NCBI RefSeq assembly: GCF_009834535.1
Contig: NC_045697.1
Coordinates: forward strand, 16,804,001 to 16,868,000
Origin: Camelus ferus
Taxonomy: Eukaryota
Length of the DNA: 64,000 nt
Direction: 5' to 3'
Shown here: in pieces, positions 37,984 through 51,010 of the stretch
Numbering within the stretch: position 1 is the first letter of the stretch
Layout of the letters: each line of letters starts with the position of its first letter
Position numbers and translations under genes: made by a program
Notes under the pieces: generated by a model
Databases searched by the model: none
Seen by the model: only the letters and a program-made list of their open reading frames with translations
Told to the model about the DNA's origin: nothing

Positions 37984-38867
37984 CAGAAGTCAGGAAACTT
38001 TGTTAAGAGCCACGTATTTTTTTGGCTAATATTTTGGTAAATATTTTTGGCTTGGTGGGTTGTATGTTTTCTGTGGCAACTAGCTACTGAACACAACGAT
38101 CGTAGAGCAAAAACAGCCTTTGACAATGTGTCCAGGAATGAGTAGGTCTGTGTTCCAGTAAAATTTCATTTAAGGACTCTGAAATTTGAATTTCATATAA
38201 TTTTAATATTTTTAAATTGTATTCTTCCTTTTTCAATCATTTTAAAAATATAAAAATTATTCAACAGATGAATGATAAAAAAGATGTGAAACATATACAC
38301 ACGTATATATACATATATACAATGGAATACTATTCAGCCATAAAAAAGAATGGAATCATGCCATTTGCAGCAACATGGATGGACCTAGGAATTATTATAC
38401 TAAGTGAAGAAAGCCAGACAAAGACAAATACTATATGATATCACTTATATGTGGAATATAAAAAATAGTTTAATTGAACTTATTTACAAAACAGAAATAG
38501 GCTCACCAACATAGAAAACAAACTTATGGTTACCAAAGGGGAATGGGGGAGAGATAAATTGGGAGTATGAGATTAACAGATGTACACTACCATATATAAA
38601 ATCCATAAACAAGGATTTACTGTATAGCACCAGAGAGTATATGCAATATCTTGTAATAAACTATAACAGGAAATAATTTTTTAAAAAGAATATAGAGACA
38701 TGCATATATATCTATAACCGACTCACTTTGCTGTACATCTGAAATTAACAGAATATTGTAAATCAACTATATTTCAAAAAAATAGCATTCTTAGCTCTCA
38801 GGCTAAAACAAAAACAGACAGTGGGCTAGATCTGGTCAGGGGGGAGGTAGGGGGCAAAACCGCTCTG
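37984..38867 (+). mobile_element. MER58B-like hAT-Charlie element split by an L1 insertion
   Basis: Left half ..gtgttccagtaaaatttcattta..ctgaaatttgaatttcatataatttt; right half ttcttagctc..caaaaacag..gggctagatctgg. Confidence 0.75.
38263..38782 (+). mobile_element. Artiodactyl-type L1 3' fragment (ORF2 C-terminus and 3' UTR)
   Basis: Encodes the L1 ORF2 tail YTMEYYSAIKKNGIMPFAATWMDLGIIILSEESQ; 3' UTR aacaaacttatggttaccaaagggg. Confidence 0.95.
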
Positions 38868-38870
38868 GAC

Positions 38871-39038
38871 TAGTACTCTTCTAATTTTAATGTACATACA
38901 CATCACCTGGGGATCTGGTTAAATGCAATTTTGATCCAGGAGGTCTGAGGTGAGCTCTGGAACTTCTGAGTTTCAATCAAACTCCTAGGTGATGTTGATG
39001 CTGCTGATCCCTGGACCAGCACACTCTGCAGAGCAAAG
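38871..39038. mobile_element. MER5-type hAT-Charlie element
   Basis: atcacctggggatctggttaaatgca ... aaactcctaggtgatgttgatgctgctg. Confidence 0.8.
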
Positions 39039-39199
39039 CTCTACACTACAATGCTCTCCTAAGCAACCTCTAAAGATGCTAATTTTCCTGTATCCAGGGC
39101 TTTGGTTAGTGACCTCACTGAAGCACACGGTCAAAGCTGGGAAGCTTCGAGTCCCCTCCCCCGTCCTTATTGCACCATCTCTGAATTCTCCTTCTAGAG

Positions 39200-40125
39200 C
39201 TTCCTCTCCACCTCTTCTCTGCCTCCTCTCCATCCTCAATGTCATTGCCCAGTAACATCTTCCAAACATCTTCTAGTCTTCAGTTCCTTCTCTCTGAAGT
39301 CTTTCCTCTATTTGGCAATCTAGGACTTTTCTCTTTAAATTAAAATAAAATCCAAATATCTCCCTCCCTAACTCACCCTCGTCTCAGTGGTGGCCCGGGG
39401 CACACAGAATAAGATTCAAATGCTAAATTCTTTGGCTTCCCCATACCCACCTTACCAATTTCTTCTTGCACCATTTCCTAATGATAATCCTGATAAGAAC
39501 AGCCCCAAACTTTTGTTAAGTTCTTATCAACTAGAAGGTGCAAATGTATTTCTTTTCATCTTGGCTCCAGATTACTGTATGAGGTTAAGTTCTCTTATTT
39601 CTATTTTACAGATAAGGAAACTGAGACATAAAGAGCTTCAGGTGCCCAGAGTTACAGAGCTCACAAACAATAGATGTGAAGCTTGGATTTGAACCAGGTG
39701 TTTTGACTCCAGAGCCCACAGCCTACCAACTAAGGTATACTCCCTCCCAGAGCCGCTTCATGCACTCATCACACTGAGCCACTTGAGTCCCTGATGTGAG
39801 CTGTGGCTTTGCAGTCGCTCATCTCTGCCTACAACCTCCTTTACTGTCATCGTCACTGGCCTCCTCCTCTCTCAGCGCTCAGCCCCCCCAGTCACCATCT
39901 CTCACAGTTTCCTTTGTTTCTCTCTCTCTCCTCATGGCACAATGATGCCCACAGAGTCATTATTTTTCCTGTGTCTGTTTCCCCCACCAACGCTGACCTC
40001 CCTTAAGGCAGGGTCTCTGTTTTATTTTCCTCTAGTAGTGACATCAGTTAACACCATGCACGGTAGGTAGTAGGTGTTCAATAAATATGTGATAGATGAA
40101 CAAGAGATTTGAGGAATAAATAAAT
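39200..40125 (+). mobile_element. L2 3' region interrupted by a MIR
   Basis: cagaataagattcaaatgct ... ctcccttaaggcaggg ... gtaggtgttcaataaatatg. Confidence 0.65.
39480..39747 (-). mobile_element. MIR SINE
   Basis: attttacagataaggaaactgagac..ggatttgaaccagg..tgactccagagccca. Confidence 0.9.
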
Positions 40126-40232
40126 GGAAAGGAAATCAATTTAACAAATCATCTTTAGCCTGATTTCCACATCTGTATAAAGGAGGGATCAAATCAGATA
40201 AATTCTAAGTTGTTTTCATCAGAACCCATCAC

Positions 40233-40505
40233 ATATTTATTCATTCATTCACGCCCATGTGTATTAAGTGTCTACAACTGGCTGGGCATGATTCTAGATC
40301 CTGAGGGTACAACAGCAGAGGGAGAAAAGACCCTGCCCTTGTGCCCTTTGCAGTCTGATGGGAGAGAGGGAACATTGTGGGGCAGTGATAAATGTCATAG
40401 AGAAAAAAACAAAACAAAACAAAAATGACTAAAAGAGCACTCTTTTAGACAGATACGCAGATAACAAAAAGGACACCTATTTAGAGATGACATTTATAGT
40501 TGCAT
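40233..40505 (-). mobile_element. L2 3' fragment
   Basis: ttattcattcattca..tattaagtgtctac..ccctgccctt..cagtctgatggg. Confidence 0.75.
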
Positions 40506-42975
40506 TAATCAAATTCTATGTGTGCAAGAAAGAATCAGCACCTTCTGGTCTTTAGAGAATGTGGATTGCCAATATGGCGGGAATATGGAATGATGACAAA
40601 AGGAGAGAGGGACGTTGAGTTTAGGTTGATTACACTGTCCAGTCAGGGTCTCAAAATTGTAGTAGTTTTGCAATTGATGTATTTGGTTGCTGGCAACCCA
40701 TTCCTGGGTGTGCATTTAAATAAAGACACTGCAAATAAGAGAAGTAAAGAGCTGTGAAACAACTTTCTATGGTTTAAGAAACAGTTATCTTATGGAGGAA
40801 TGGAGAGTTATACTTGTTGAATTACATGTGAAAAGCACAAAGGATTTAAGCTCATTCGATTCAAATTTAAATTAAGTTCCAAGTATTGGATTATTTTAAC
40901 AACAATCATCATTCTGCTTACTTTTCATTTTACCTACTGATCATTTTTACTGTACAGAAGATTGTAGTTACAATAAAAATAGAAGCATTTTTATAGGAGG
41001 AAAAAATATATATAATCTGAAATCCTTATGAAATTTTCATAAAACCCCAGTAAGATAAACTTGTAAATTAGTGTATGGAGATTTAAAACAGCTGAGAACT
41101 TGACTTCAGACCAACCACATATTTATAGCAAAAACAGATATGAACCCAGGGGCCTAAACATAGTTTTCAAGTTTATAACTCAGAATTTTCTTTCCCTTGT
41201 TTAAAATTCTGCTTTGCTTTAAGTAAATGTATCTGTATCAGCTGTAATCTACTCTGACAATTCATTTAACCTTCATGGGATCAATTTTGCTCAAGTGCAG
41301 TGCAGTTTTCAAATAAATGGTCTTATGTGGATATCAGTACCTATGTTTGTGAGTGTGACTCATTGCCCTTTCTATAAAAAAATAGAAATATAGAAATATA
41401 AATTATTTTTTCTTATAGAAATATGTTTGCTAATAGAAAATAAAGCTAATGGAAAATAGGTAATAGAAAATATAGTTTTTGTACTTGCAATATTTATAGT
41501 AAAATCACTTCTAAAAAGTGCTTAAATTTATAAAATGGAATTGTCTTTAGAAGAGACTCACGCATAAAATAAAAGTAGATTAACAGATAGATTAAAAGTA
41601 AAATAGATTAATAGATTTAATATGCCCTTCCCACCAAGGGAGGCTAGAAAAATGTTAGTAGAGATACACCCAAACAGAATCCTAGCTGCCTTAATTTCTT
41701 GAAGACTATGTTTGTTAGTATGCTTTATACCCAAAGGGTTTATTAATATTGACAGAAGGAGCAGAATTTGGGACATATCCTAGAACTCCAGTATGCAAAT
41801 AAATGACTTTAGCTAGTACCCTTCACTTAGGAAAAAAATTTTAAAAATGAAGCCTTTATCACTCTGTGTTCCATTCTGCTCCAAGCACAAGGTTCTCGGC
41901 ATTGGAGAGGATCCCCCACCCCTTACTATCTCATCGGGGAATGAATGCAAATGTGACTGCACTGATTGAGGGTAGGCATGGCCCACCATATGGCCTTCTT
42001 CAATGGAGTCAACCTGAGGAGGGGCTCTTTGCTGACAGAGAACGAAGCCGGGAACAGAGTGAACACCTGGTCAGATAAAAATCCATCAGGATATTTGAGT
42101 CGGCTGCCCAGCATCCAAATTATTTGCAGGCATCAAGTCCAAGGTAAAATGAAATGTGCCCTTCTTGCATATTTCAGTAATGATGCTGGTGTTTGAATGT
42201 GTCCAACATACCCCTGAATGGAAAAACCTTCTCCACTGGCCGGTAGGATTATTAACTCCACAGACGGCGGTGATAAGACACGGGGAAGTTTAAGAGATTA
42301 GACATTGAGAATCCTCCCGGTCTCCTCAGTGGGGGTAAACCAGCCCAGCATGGCTTTGGGGAAAATTAGCCTCTGTCACTTCGTCTTGGCTGTTTGGTGA
42401 TGCCCGTTGCCCTGTGAAGCCCTCGGGTGGCTGGGAGGTGTTGGACTCTCCTGTGAAGGTAGGAGAAGAGTGTATGTGACAGGTCAGTCTTTCTCCTTCT
42501 TTGCTCTCCAGTCAGCACTCCTTTGTCCTTCTCATTTATAGAGCAGAACTTCTGTATCAGCCAGGAAGGTGACGGCAGCGGAAGATTTCAAATCGTTGGA
42601 TGCACAAGTTAAAAAGCTACTTATCAGTAAGTGCACCGGGCCATGGTAAGCTCAGTGAGCTCCTGTAATGAGTGCCCAAGAGCAGAGGGGAAACCTTGAG
42701 TCTGTAAAAAAGCAACTCAGCCTATAAGCTTGGTCAGCCTGGGCAAATGCTCGAAATGGCGATTTCAAGGCCAGACTAATGAGCTAATAAATTATAGTCA
42801 CTTCACACGCAACGTGGTATGATTTTTCCTGCTGAGTTGAATCAGGTAGCAATCTAGGCTAACCTTTAAAAACTGATTTGAAATCTCCCAATAAGGTGGC
42901 CCGATAGATTCAGCCTCTATTTTAGATATTTGAAGCCTAAATTCTCATCCTTTTGTGTCAGAAATATCTCTAGAG

Positions 42976-43192
42976 CAGTAGCGATTCTGTCCCCCAGGGG
43001 ACAGTCGGCAGCGTCGGGAGACACTTTTACTTGTGACTACGTGGTGGCGGGGGATGCTTTTGGCATCCAGTAAATAGAGATCAGGGATGCTGATAAGCCT
43101 CCCACAGTGCACGTGACAGCATCCTTCCCCCCGTGAAAAGAATTACACAGCCTAAAACTTCAATAGTTCTAAGGCATTGTTAAGAAATCCTT
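42976..43192 (+). mobile_element. MER20 hAT-Charlie element
   Basis: cccccaggggaca..ggagaca..ggcatccagt..cagggatgctg; 8-bp TSD CTCTAGAG (42968-42975) and CTCTGGAG (43193-43200). Confidence 0.9.
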
Positions 43193-46100
43193 CTCTGGAG
43201 CATACAAACAATAGGTAAACCACAGCTAGTTTGAGTCAAAAGATGAACTGGCAAAATCGGCTCCTAATTTGAAAGGCAGAAATGAGCAAAACCTGTAAGT
43301 CCACTTGAGTTCCACTGGGCAGGCCTTGGTCAAATGAATCCTCTACAAAGTCCTGGGCACAATGCACTTGTCCTATAAAAGTGACCAAATGGAAAAAGGA
43401 GTAAAATCATCCTGATTTCCAGCAGAGAGCAACATCACCTTGAACTGTGATGTGTCCTGCAGGTGGGTAGGATTTAACGAGCCTGCCCAATTAGCTCTAT
43501 CACTTCCACCTAGGGTGAAAGTCATCACATTGTTTCAGTGCCTAAGGCTTCAAGCGCCTCTTAATCTGCCCCAATTCATAACAAAATTAAGCATCACTAA
43601 AGGAAGTCTTTGCAGTTTCTCTGGGAACCCGATGGACTAGTGGGCTTAGAAGCACATGACAGAACAAGGGTAGTTAGATTAACTACCAGCGCTGATCACT
43701 GAGTGCTCTCACTTTGAGATATCAAGGAAAGAATCTATGAATAGTTGCTTTAATTGTTTCTATGTTTTAATTTAGCTAAGTTGACATGTTGGTAGAAAAA
43801 GCAAAAAGATGGCTAAAAGGATGTGTGTATGCAGTTTTTCTAGACAGTTTTATTAGAAAAGAAATCACACGTCTGGGCAGGTAATAATGTCAGGAATGGG
43901 GCAGTTACACCACTTTGCTGTTTTCATCTCATAACAATACTATTTCTTCAACAAAGATCTGCCATCATAACAGAAGATCTGATGCCAATAACCGTTTGGA
44001 TTTAATTTCCCTCTGATCAAAATTCCATCAAACTAAAAAGAAGGGCAGAATCTCCTAACTCAAGGCCCAAGGCATGGCAGTTCCCCTTGTGCAGGATTCC
44101 AGGGACGTAGCTAAAGCATATGACATGATTTATCCTTATGTTTCTATAGAAACCTGTATGGTACCTGGAAGTTCTTAGCATGCTCAATTGTATCTTCAGG
44201 ATCTACTGGAGAGACCAACCATCTCCCTTGCTGACCCCCATGTTATCCTTCCTATGGATGGTTGGGACACTGGTAGGTAATTTCAGCATGAATCTAATTT
44301 CTAGAGCAACACATGACAATCAGGATGGCTGACAAGGACACATGGTCCCCCACCCTCCCATGTCACCTGTTACTGTGTTATAACCACGTGGTACAAGACC
44401 TGGCAATCAGGACAGGCATTGAGTGGCCACATCCTCTGCCCATCCCAAGGATCACAGAGGACTCTCCCACAATCATCCTTCTCCCCACACAGTGACACCA
44501 GCCCTAAAGGTGTCCGAGCGAATACTTTAACTAATAGACTGTTTTGAGGGCAGTGGACAAAGAAATGGGTGCAAGGATCATGACCAAAAAAGATAATGAG
44601 CATTTGCACTGTTAGATGCCAATTCCAACTAAATCAAATCCCCCCCCACCCCTCCAGCCTGTAAGAAAAGTGCTAGGAAAAGAAATATATCAAACAGTAA
44701 ATCTGCTGAGAAGGCCAAATGGATCCATCCTCCACAACTCCTTTTCCTTTTTGAAAAACAGCACCAAGAAGAAGTCAGAAGTAGCAAGGGGGCAATTTTC
44801 CTTCTAGATAAAATATAGTGGGATGGAAAATCTGGAATATCTGTTTGGCAACAATTGTCAAATTCTGTTGTACACTGTGGGTGAAGGCAAAGCGTGACTG
44901 AAAGGGACTGAATCTCGGTCTGGCACCTAAGCCTGGTATGCTCGGACCATGAGGTCACTCGGCCTAAAACCTTCATTTCAAAGAGGAGAAAACGGAAGCT
45001 CAGAGAGGGCGAATGATTCATTCAAACATTTCTCCAGTAAGAGCACCACGAAGCCAAACTTCCAACTTCATCAAGCCACCTCCCCTCACTGCTCCACTGT
45101 TTCAGGTCCAGTTGCTTAGAAGGTCTCTCTAGAGTCCCCCATGTCTGAGTTCAAGGCTGTCGGGGACAATTTTGACAGCTAAAGCAATCAGTGCGTCCCA
45201 GCTTCCAAATCCGAACTGGGTGGTGGAACATGGGGCTGGCTCTTCCTAGCCAGGAAGATATTTGTCTGGCTCCGAGCAATCCCAAATGTCAATACAAGAC
45301 TCCTATTTGCCCAGGGCTTCCTGCATGAACTTGGTCCACTGAGAGTGTGGAGCCTGCTGGGCACCTGCATGTATAGATTATAGCCTTGCCTGGAGCCCAG
45401 GCAGAGGAGGTGATCAACACAATTGCCACGAGTCTGTGCCTTTCTCCTCCTCCATTTCCATTGTCTCCTGCTCTTACCTGAACCCACAGGAAAGCTGCAC
45501 AGCAAGAAACACTCAAAAGGGGAGGCCTCTTAAGTTCCAGGGACTTGAGCCCCTAGCTGCAAATTTCCTTTCATTCAAAAGAACACTCTCCAGCTTTTTT
45601 CTCAGCACAACACTTAGTGTACCCGTGAGGAGGGGAAAGTGTTTCTCGCCAGGAATAAGCTGTAAGTTATATTTGAAAATTGAGATTTCTGAATTGCAAT
45701 TGGCATCTCTCGCTGCCTTGCGGATGGGGGCCCTCTGACTGCAAAGTGACATTTTGTGATCGGGATTTGGTGGAAACCCCGTGAAAAACCACAGTCAATC
45801 AGTTTCTAAAACACAGGCCCCAGAAACTGGGACCCAGCTTTAAATCTAGACGATCTTTTATGATTGTCCATCAGAGGAAAATAGCAAGAAACGTTCATTT
45901 TTCAAATTATTCTCCCTCGCCAGTCTCTCTTACTGCTATTACCATGAGCAATATCATTCTTTACCCACTGCAGGAACCTTTTGTCAGCAAAATACCATTG
46001 AAAATCTTTACTTTCAAATCTATTCACTCCTGGCAAGAGACAGTCCTGCGTGAACTTTGGGAGTGCCCAGCTCAGTAAACAAGTGACCTTTGGTTGATCG

Positions 46101-46659
46101 AATCTTCTTGCCTCTTTCATCCACATATGATTTATATTACATGTGTATTTATGTAATGGCTTTGTCTTCTAGCACCTGTAAGCCTTCATAATCATTATTT
46201 AAGCCTCACAGTCCATTTGAAATAAGAGATATCTTCCCTTTGTCGAGGTGGAGAAACTCTGAAAAGATTCCGGGTCCACGTGGAGGCAGTCTTGACTCAA
46301 GCCCTGGAGAGAGATCAATACATTTCCCAAGCCTCTCCAGGCAGCTTAACTGTCCATAAATGTGTGGCCATAATATTAAGTCCCTACTAACCACATAATT
46401 GCATTTATGAACCCTGGCAGTCCTATATTCACTCCCGGGTGCTCTTGGAAAGTTGGCCAAAGGGATGGAAAATGAGGCTGTTGGAGCATGGCTAGAGTGA
46501 GGCAGGGCAATCCCGGGAGGAAATATTGAAGTTTTTGATGCCTTAATCTTCCTAAAACAAATATCCCTCGTAACACGGTCCAGCAGCTGTGAAGAAGCCA
46601 TCAGGGGGAGGTAGAGCTGGAGGCCAGGGGGCCGGTTAGGATGTCTTTATAGGGTGAAT

Positions 46660-47105
46660 CTAGAAAGCACAGTGTCTAAGGGCACAAGTTTTGGCATCAG
46701 TCGGTTATGGGTTGGAATATTGGCTTTGTTACTCGCCAGATGTGTGGGCGGTTTATTTCCCTTCTTGAACACTCAGTTTTCTCCTCTGTAGAATGGAACT
46801 AATAAAAATCCCCTGTTGTGCTGTGGAGATTCTTTAAGATAAATGTAAATCACTAAGCACAATATTCAGTGCAAAAAATGTTCCATTATAATCGCAAAAA
46901 ACTTAAATAATGCTTACATTGGCCAGGCACCATTCTATTACTTGTAAAATCCTCACAACAACTCAAGAGGTAGGTGTTGTATTTTGCCTCCATTTTACAG
47001 AGAAGGGAAGGAAGGACCCAAAGGATTTGCAGTTTAAGTTACGATGCCAGGCTTTGAACCCACATGCTCTGTCTCCAGAATCTGTGGTCATTATTACTCT
47101 TCTAA
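46660..47105. mobile_element. Two oppositely oriented MIR copies
   Basis: ctcagttttctcctctgtagaatgg (+) and aatcctcacaacaac..ccattttacagagaagg (-). Confidence 0.75.
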
Positions 47106-47139
47106 CAACAGCAGCTAGTACTGATTACTAAGGCCAGTT

Positions 47140-47632
47140 GGGATGGAGACAGACTGAAGATATATAAGGACTGGATGCCTGGAAGGATGTAGGGATGACA
47201 AGAGAAGGGATGACCCAGACTGGCTCCCTGGGGTTTTGACTTAAGCAATGGTCAGTGGTATCGCTCAGGCTGATGGGGAATACAGAAAGAGAAGCATACT
47301 TGGGACACGTTGAGCAAGTCTGGTGTATCTGTAGAATATTCAGGTATTAATGGTTAACAGGCAGGTGTATACACAGATCTGGAGCTCAAGAAAGAAATTA
47401 GAGTGGGTCTTATAAATTTGGGAGTCATCAGAAAATACTTGGGAACCGGAGTCTCATGAGTGGATGAGATCATACACACGGTATATGGAGTGAAAAGGGA
47501 AGATAACTAAAGAGGATGCCCTATAGGGGGCATCAACATTTAAGGGTTCAGGAAAGGTCCTTAAAGAGAGCAAGAGGGAGTGAGTGGAGGAGAAACGTGC
47601 TTGATGAAAGCCAAGAGGGAAGAGGGTTTCAA
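47140..47632 (-). mobile_element. L2 internal fragment
   Basis: tctggagctcaag..ataaatttgggagtcatcag..gagtggatgagatca..caacatttaaggg. Confidence 0.85.
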
Positions 47633-47859
47633 CAGTCTTTCTCATTTAAAACTATATTTTTTAATTAAGGAAAATATTTTATCTTGCTCCACCTGTCTCT
47701 TTAGGATACACTCCCCAACCAAATACAAGGAATTTAGATCACAGTGGAGATGGATTAGTGCCATGCGAGCCCATTTCCTGGGGAAATAAAAGAATTCACA
47801 TCACAGGCTAAGGATAGATCGGCTGGTCCATCTTTCTCTCCATCTCTGACTGTTAAGGA

Positions 47860-48340
47860 CTATTCTGCTCTTCATCTCAAAGACTACCACCTCCACAAAG
47901 CTCTCTCGTGCACTCTAGTTGAAATTTAAACCACGTTCCCTTGTAGTTCTAGAGAATTCCAGTCATATCTATACCACATCATTATTTCTTTTTGGTCTAA
48001 AAATATCACAGTTGTTTGTGCAACAGTTCAATCACTTGCTCAATCAAGGATTCACTGACGGCAGGACCACATCTTATCCTTCTGTGTCACCAGTGCTTGG
48101 TGTGGTGTCTGGCATCGAGGGGATGAGAAATAAGTGCTTGTGAGCTACGAATAAATTTAAATCTTTAGGGAAAGCCTAAGAGGGACACTCAAGTCAGGCT
48201 CCACCTTTCTTCTGGCGTCACCTTTTGTTGGCTGTACCTCAGTGCAGAAATACAGCACTAAGTTATTACATCTGTAAAATTAATAAAATAGAGTGAATGG
48301 GAATTAAATGAGATTATAAGTGGAAGATGCTTAAAACAAG
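47860..48340 (+). mobile_element. L2 3' end followed by a MIR fragment
   Basis: ggcaggacca..ctgtgtcaccagtgcttgg..gtgtctggca; catctgtaaaat..gaattaaatgagat. Confidence 0.6.
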
Positions 48341-48983
48341 CAAGCAGCTGATACTCATTAGCTATGAAGTGAGAGCTTCTCAGCTGGATGACTGGCAGAG
48401 CCCCTCTGTGGAGGGTTGTAGAAATCCCTTGCTCTGTCTAGACTTCCTGTGGGCCCCTTGTAGACCCAGGGGTCCTGGTTCCCGGCCCATTCCTTTAACT
48501 CCTGTCCCGTAGGATTTATAGCCCGACTGTGACAACTAATTTTGGAACTGTAATGCCTCCTGTCATATTCCATAAATTTGGCATAAATAAATCACAAAAT
48601 ACCCTTTTTATATCGCTTTTTATCTTGCCACGCTTCTTGTTTCTTTTGGAAACAGTTTTTATGGCAAATGCACAGTGTAAATCCACCCGGCAATAAAGCA
48701 TGCCAAACAAGCGTGTAGAACAGGCACCTGAGAGGAAATTACCCGCCATTCGCAGTGCTCCACACAATTACCAGCAGGGTGTTCTGGAGTGGGCCTGCTC
48801 AGGGCGCCGCACTGCCTTCCTCCCGCACGATCTACACAGCCCCGGTGTGAACAACGCCGTCGCACGGCAGGAAGGGGACCCACTGGTCCACGTCTTCGTG
48901 CAGCCTCCTCCTGCAGCAACGTGAAGTCTTGACTTTGCATGGTATCTCCCTCACCTGTTTCCCTGAAGAGGTTCTTTCTTCTA

Positions 48984-49192
48984 CAGCAGCGACATTCAAC
49001 AGCGCTTTCTGCAGTGACGGTAATGTTCTGTACCGATACGCTCGCTACCCAATATGGTAGCCACTAGCCCCATGTGGCTACTGGACACTTGGCATAGGGG
49101 TAGTGAGACAGGAACTAGAGTTTTCCATTTACGTATAATCAGTGTCAACGTAAGTAGCCACAATGAGGCCAGCAGCTACCATAGGACGGCAC
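48984..49192. mobile_element. MER3-like hAT-Charlie element
   Basis: ttctgcagtgacggtaatgttct..ccaatatggtagccactagccccatgtggcta ... tagccaca. Confidence 0.8.
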
Positions 49193-49264
49193 AAACAAGA
49201 TCGTTTGATGTACCTTCCATTTCACATCCCTCGTTCCACCTTTCAACTTCAAATGCCAGGAATC

Positions 49265-49495
49265 ACAGTAAGTACCTACTGAGTACTTTCTCCGGTATCC
49301 TCTCTGCTTTCATTCTAATGGTGACCCTAGGGGGTAGTTATTATGATCTCCACCGTTTAAATGAGGCCCCTGAAGTTTAGAGAGTTTAAGTGACAAGTCT
49401 GAAGTCTCTCAACTAACACGTGACAGAATAGAGATCTGAACCCAGGCCTGTCTGTCAAAGCTTCGCTGCTCCCAGGGTGGTGTTTAGACCACGCA
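49265..49495 (-). mobile_element. MIR SINE
   Basis: agagagtttaagtgac ... gatctgaacccaggcctgtctg. Confidence 0.7.
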
Positions 49496-50869
49496 ATCTG
49501 GTTTAAGGTTATCATAGCTGAATCATTAGGGCAGCCTTTGTATGAATTTGTTAGCATTGCAGTTGCCTAGCTCTGCAAAGCTCTCTATCCAGGGATGGAG
49601 AGAGCTAGCGTCTCAACACGACTTACCGCCCACCGGCTGTTGGTGTGAGGCCACGCACTTCTGGACACAGCTCTTCATGTGTCTCCAGGCTTGTTGCTGC
49701 CTCCTAGGCTTGTTGGGAGCACATGGGAGATCCACTTGAGAATCTACTAAAGGGTAGAAGTGCTGCTTGGGTGTAAGGTCTTGTGACTGAAGGAGATTCT
49801 GATGAATCCTACCACACCCTATTTATTTCCTGCCTAAGTTGCCACTAAATCCACGTGCAATATCACCACCCACATGGATATGTACCGAACACCCCTAAAA
49901 GCTTACACTCTGTGCAGCCAAATTAAAGGACTGCATCCCGTGGCCTTTTGGTTACACCAAATGAAAGCAATGCCGATCCACGGCAGAAAACCCACCCACC
50001 GTGCACCGATTATTAACATGTTAATTTCTACGTCCCAGCTTTTGAAAATGATTCTGGGAACTACTTATTGAATTTTTAATTTGCAGATTATCGAGCAAAT
50101 TGGCTGCAATGGCTCTGAGTGATGGGGCCCACGTGTCGGCCAGGCAGGTAAAGCGATGCATGCAGACAACCATGGTTCAAGTTCTGATGAGATGAGTATG
50201 CCCACCCAGGGCTCCTTATTGGCGCTGGAGAGCTTCAGGTTCAAGGGAAATAATAATTTATTTCCCATATGTGTGTACAAGGAGGGGAGGAGATACAAGA
50301 ATTCTTTCCTAAAGAGGCTGCTAAAAATCATTCCACAGTCTGAACCCCCAAAGCCTTTACCAAGTTTATCTTTTATTACCTAAAGCCTCCCTCTTTCTTT
50401 CCCTTCCTTCCTTCATTTTTCCCTTCTCCCCACCCTGCCCCCTTCCTCACACTGGGAGCACCAGATGGAATAAGGCAGCCCCGTCTCTGGTCACAGAACT
50501 CCCAGCGGCTAAGGGCCATGGACCCAGAAACAGTACGTGACGCAGTAGTGAGCCAAGATCTGCGTGTGACAGTGTACAGGGACCCCCAGCCCAGAGACGG
50601 GGAGGGATCACACCGAAGAAGCCTTCCAGGAGAAAGCAAATTAAAGGGGGAGCGGGCGAGTGTCAAATGGGTGAAGGGAGAGGATGTCTCAGGCCATGGG
50701 AACAGCAGAAGAACCGGAGGTGGACGTTAGAAAGCCTCTGGCGCTGTCCCCGCTGGGGCAGCAGGTCCCAGTTCCACCCCCTGTCCGGGGGAGGCAGGAG
50801 AGCCCCAGTGGCTGGAAGCGCCCACTTCCAACTCACGCAGGAGGCAGAATGGTCCCTGAAGCCCCGAAG

Positions 50870-51010
50870 CCCACTTGTTAGCCATGTGTCCTCCAGCAAG
50901 TGTCCTAGCCTCTCTAAGCGTCATCGCCACATCTGTAAAATGGGAGTCAGGATGGGATTCTTTGTGAGCATTAGAGAACAGGTTGAGTATGCCAGGAATG
51001 GCTATTTTGT
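50870..51010 (+). mobile_element. MIR core
   Basis: cctctctaagcgtca..catctgtaaaatggg. Confidence 0.7.

Noticed and set aside
38217..38438. 73-aa ORF
   Set aside because: It is the L1 ORF2 C-terminal remnant, not a host gene.
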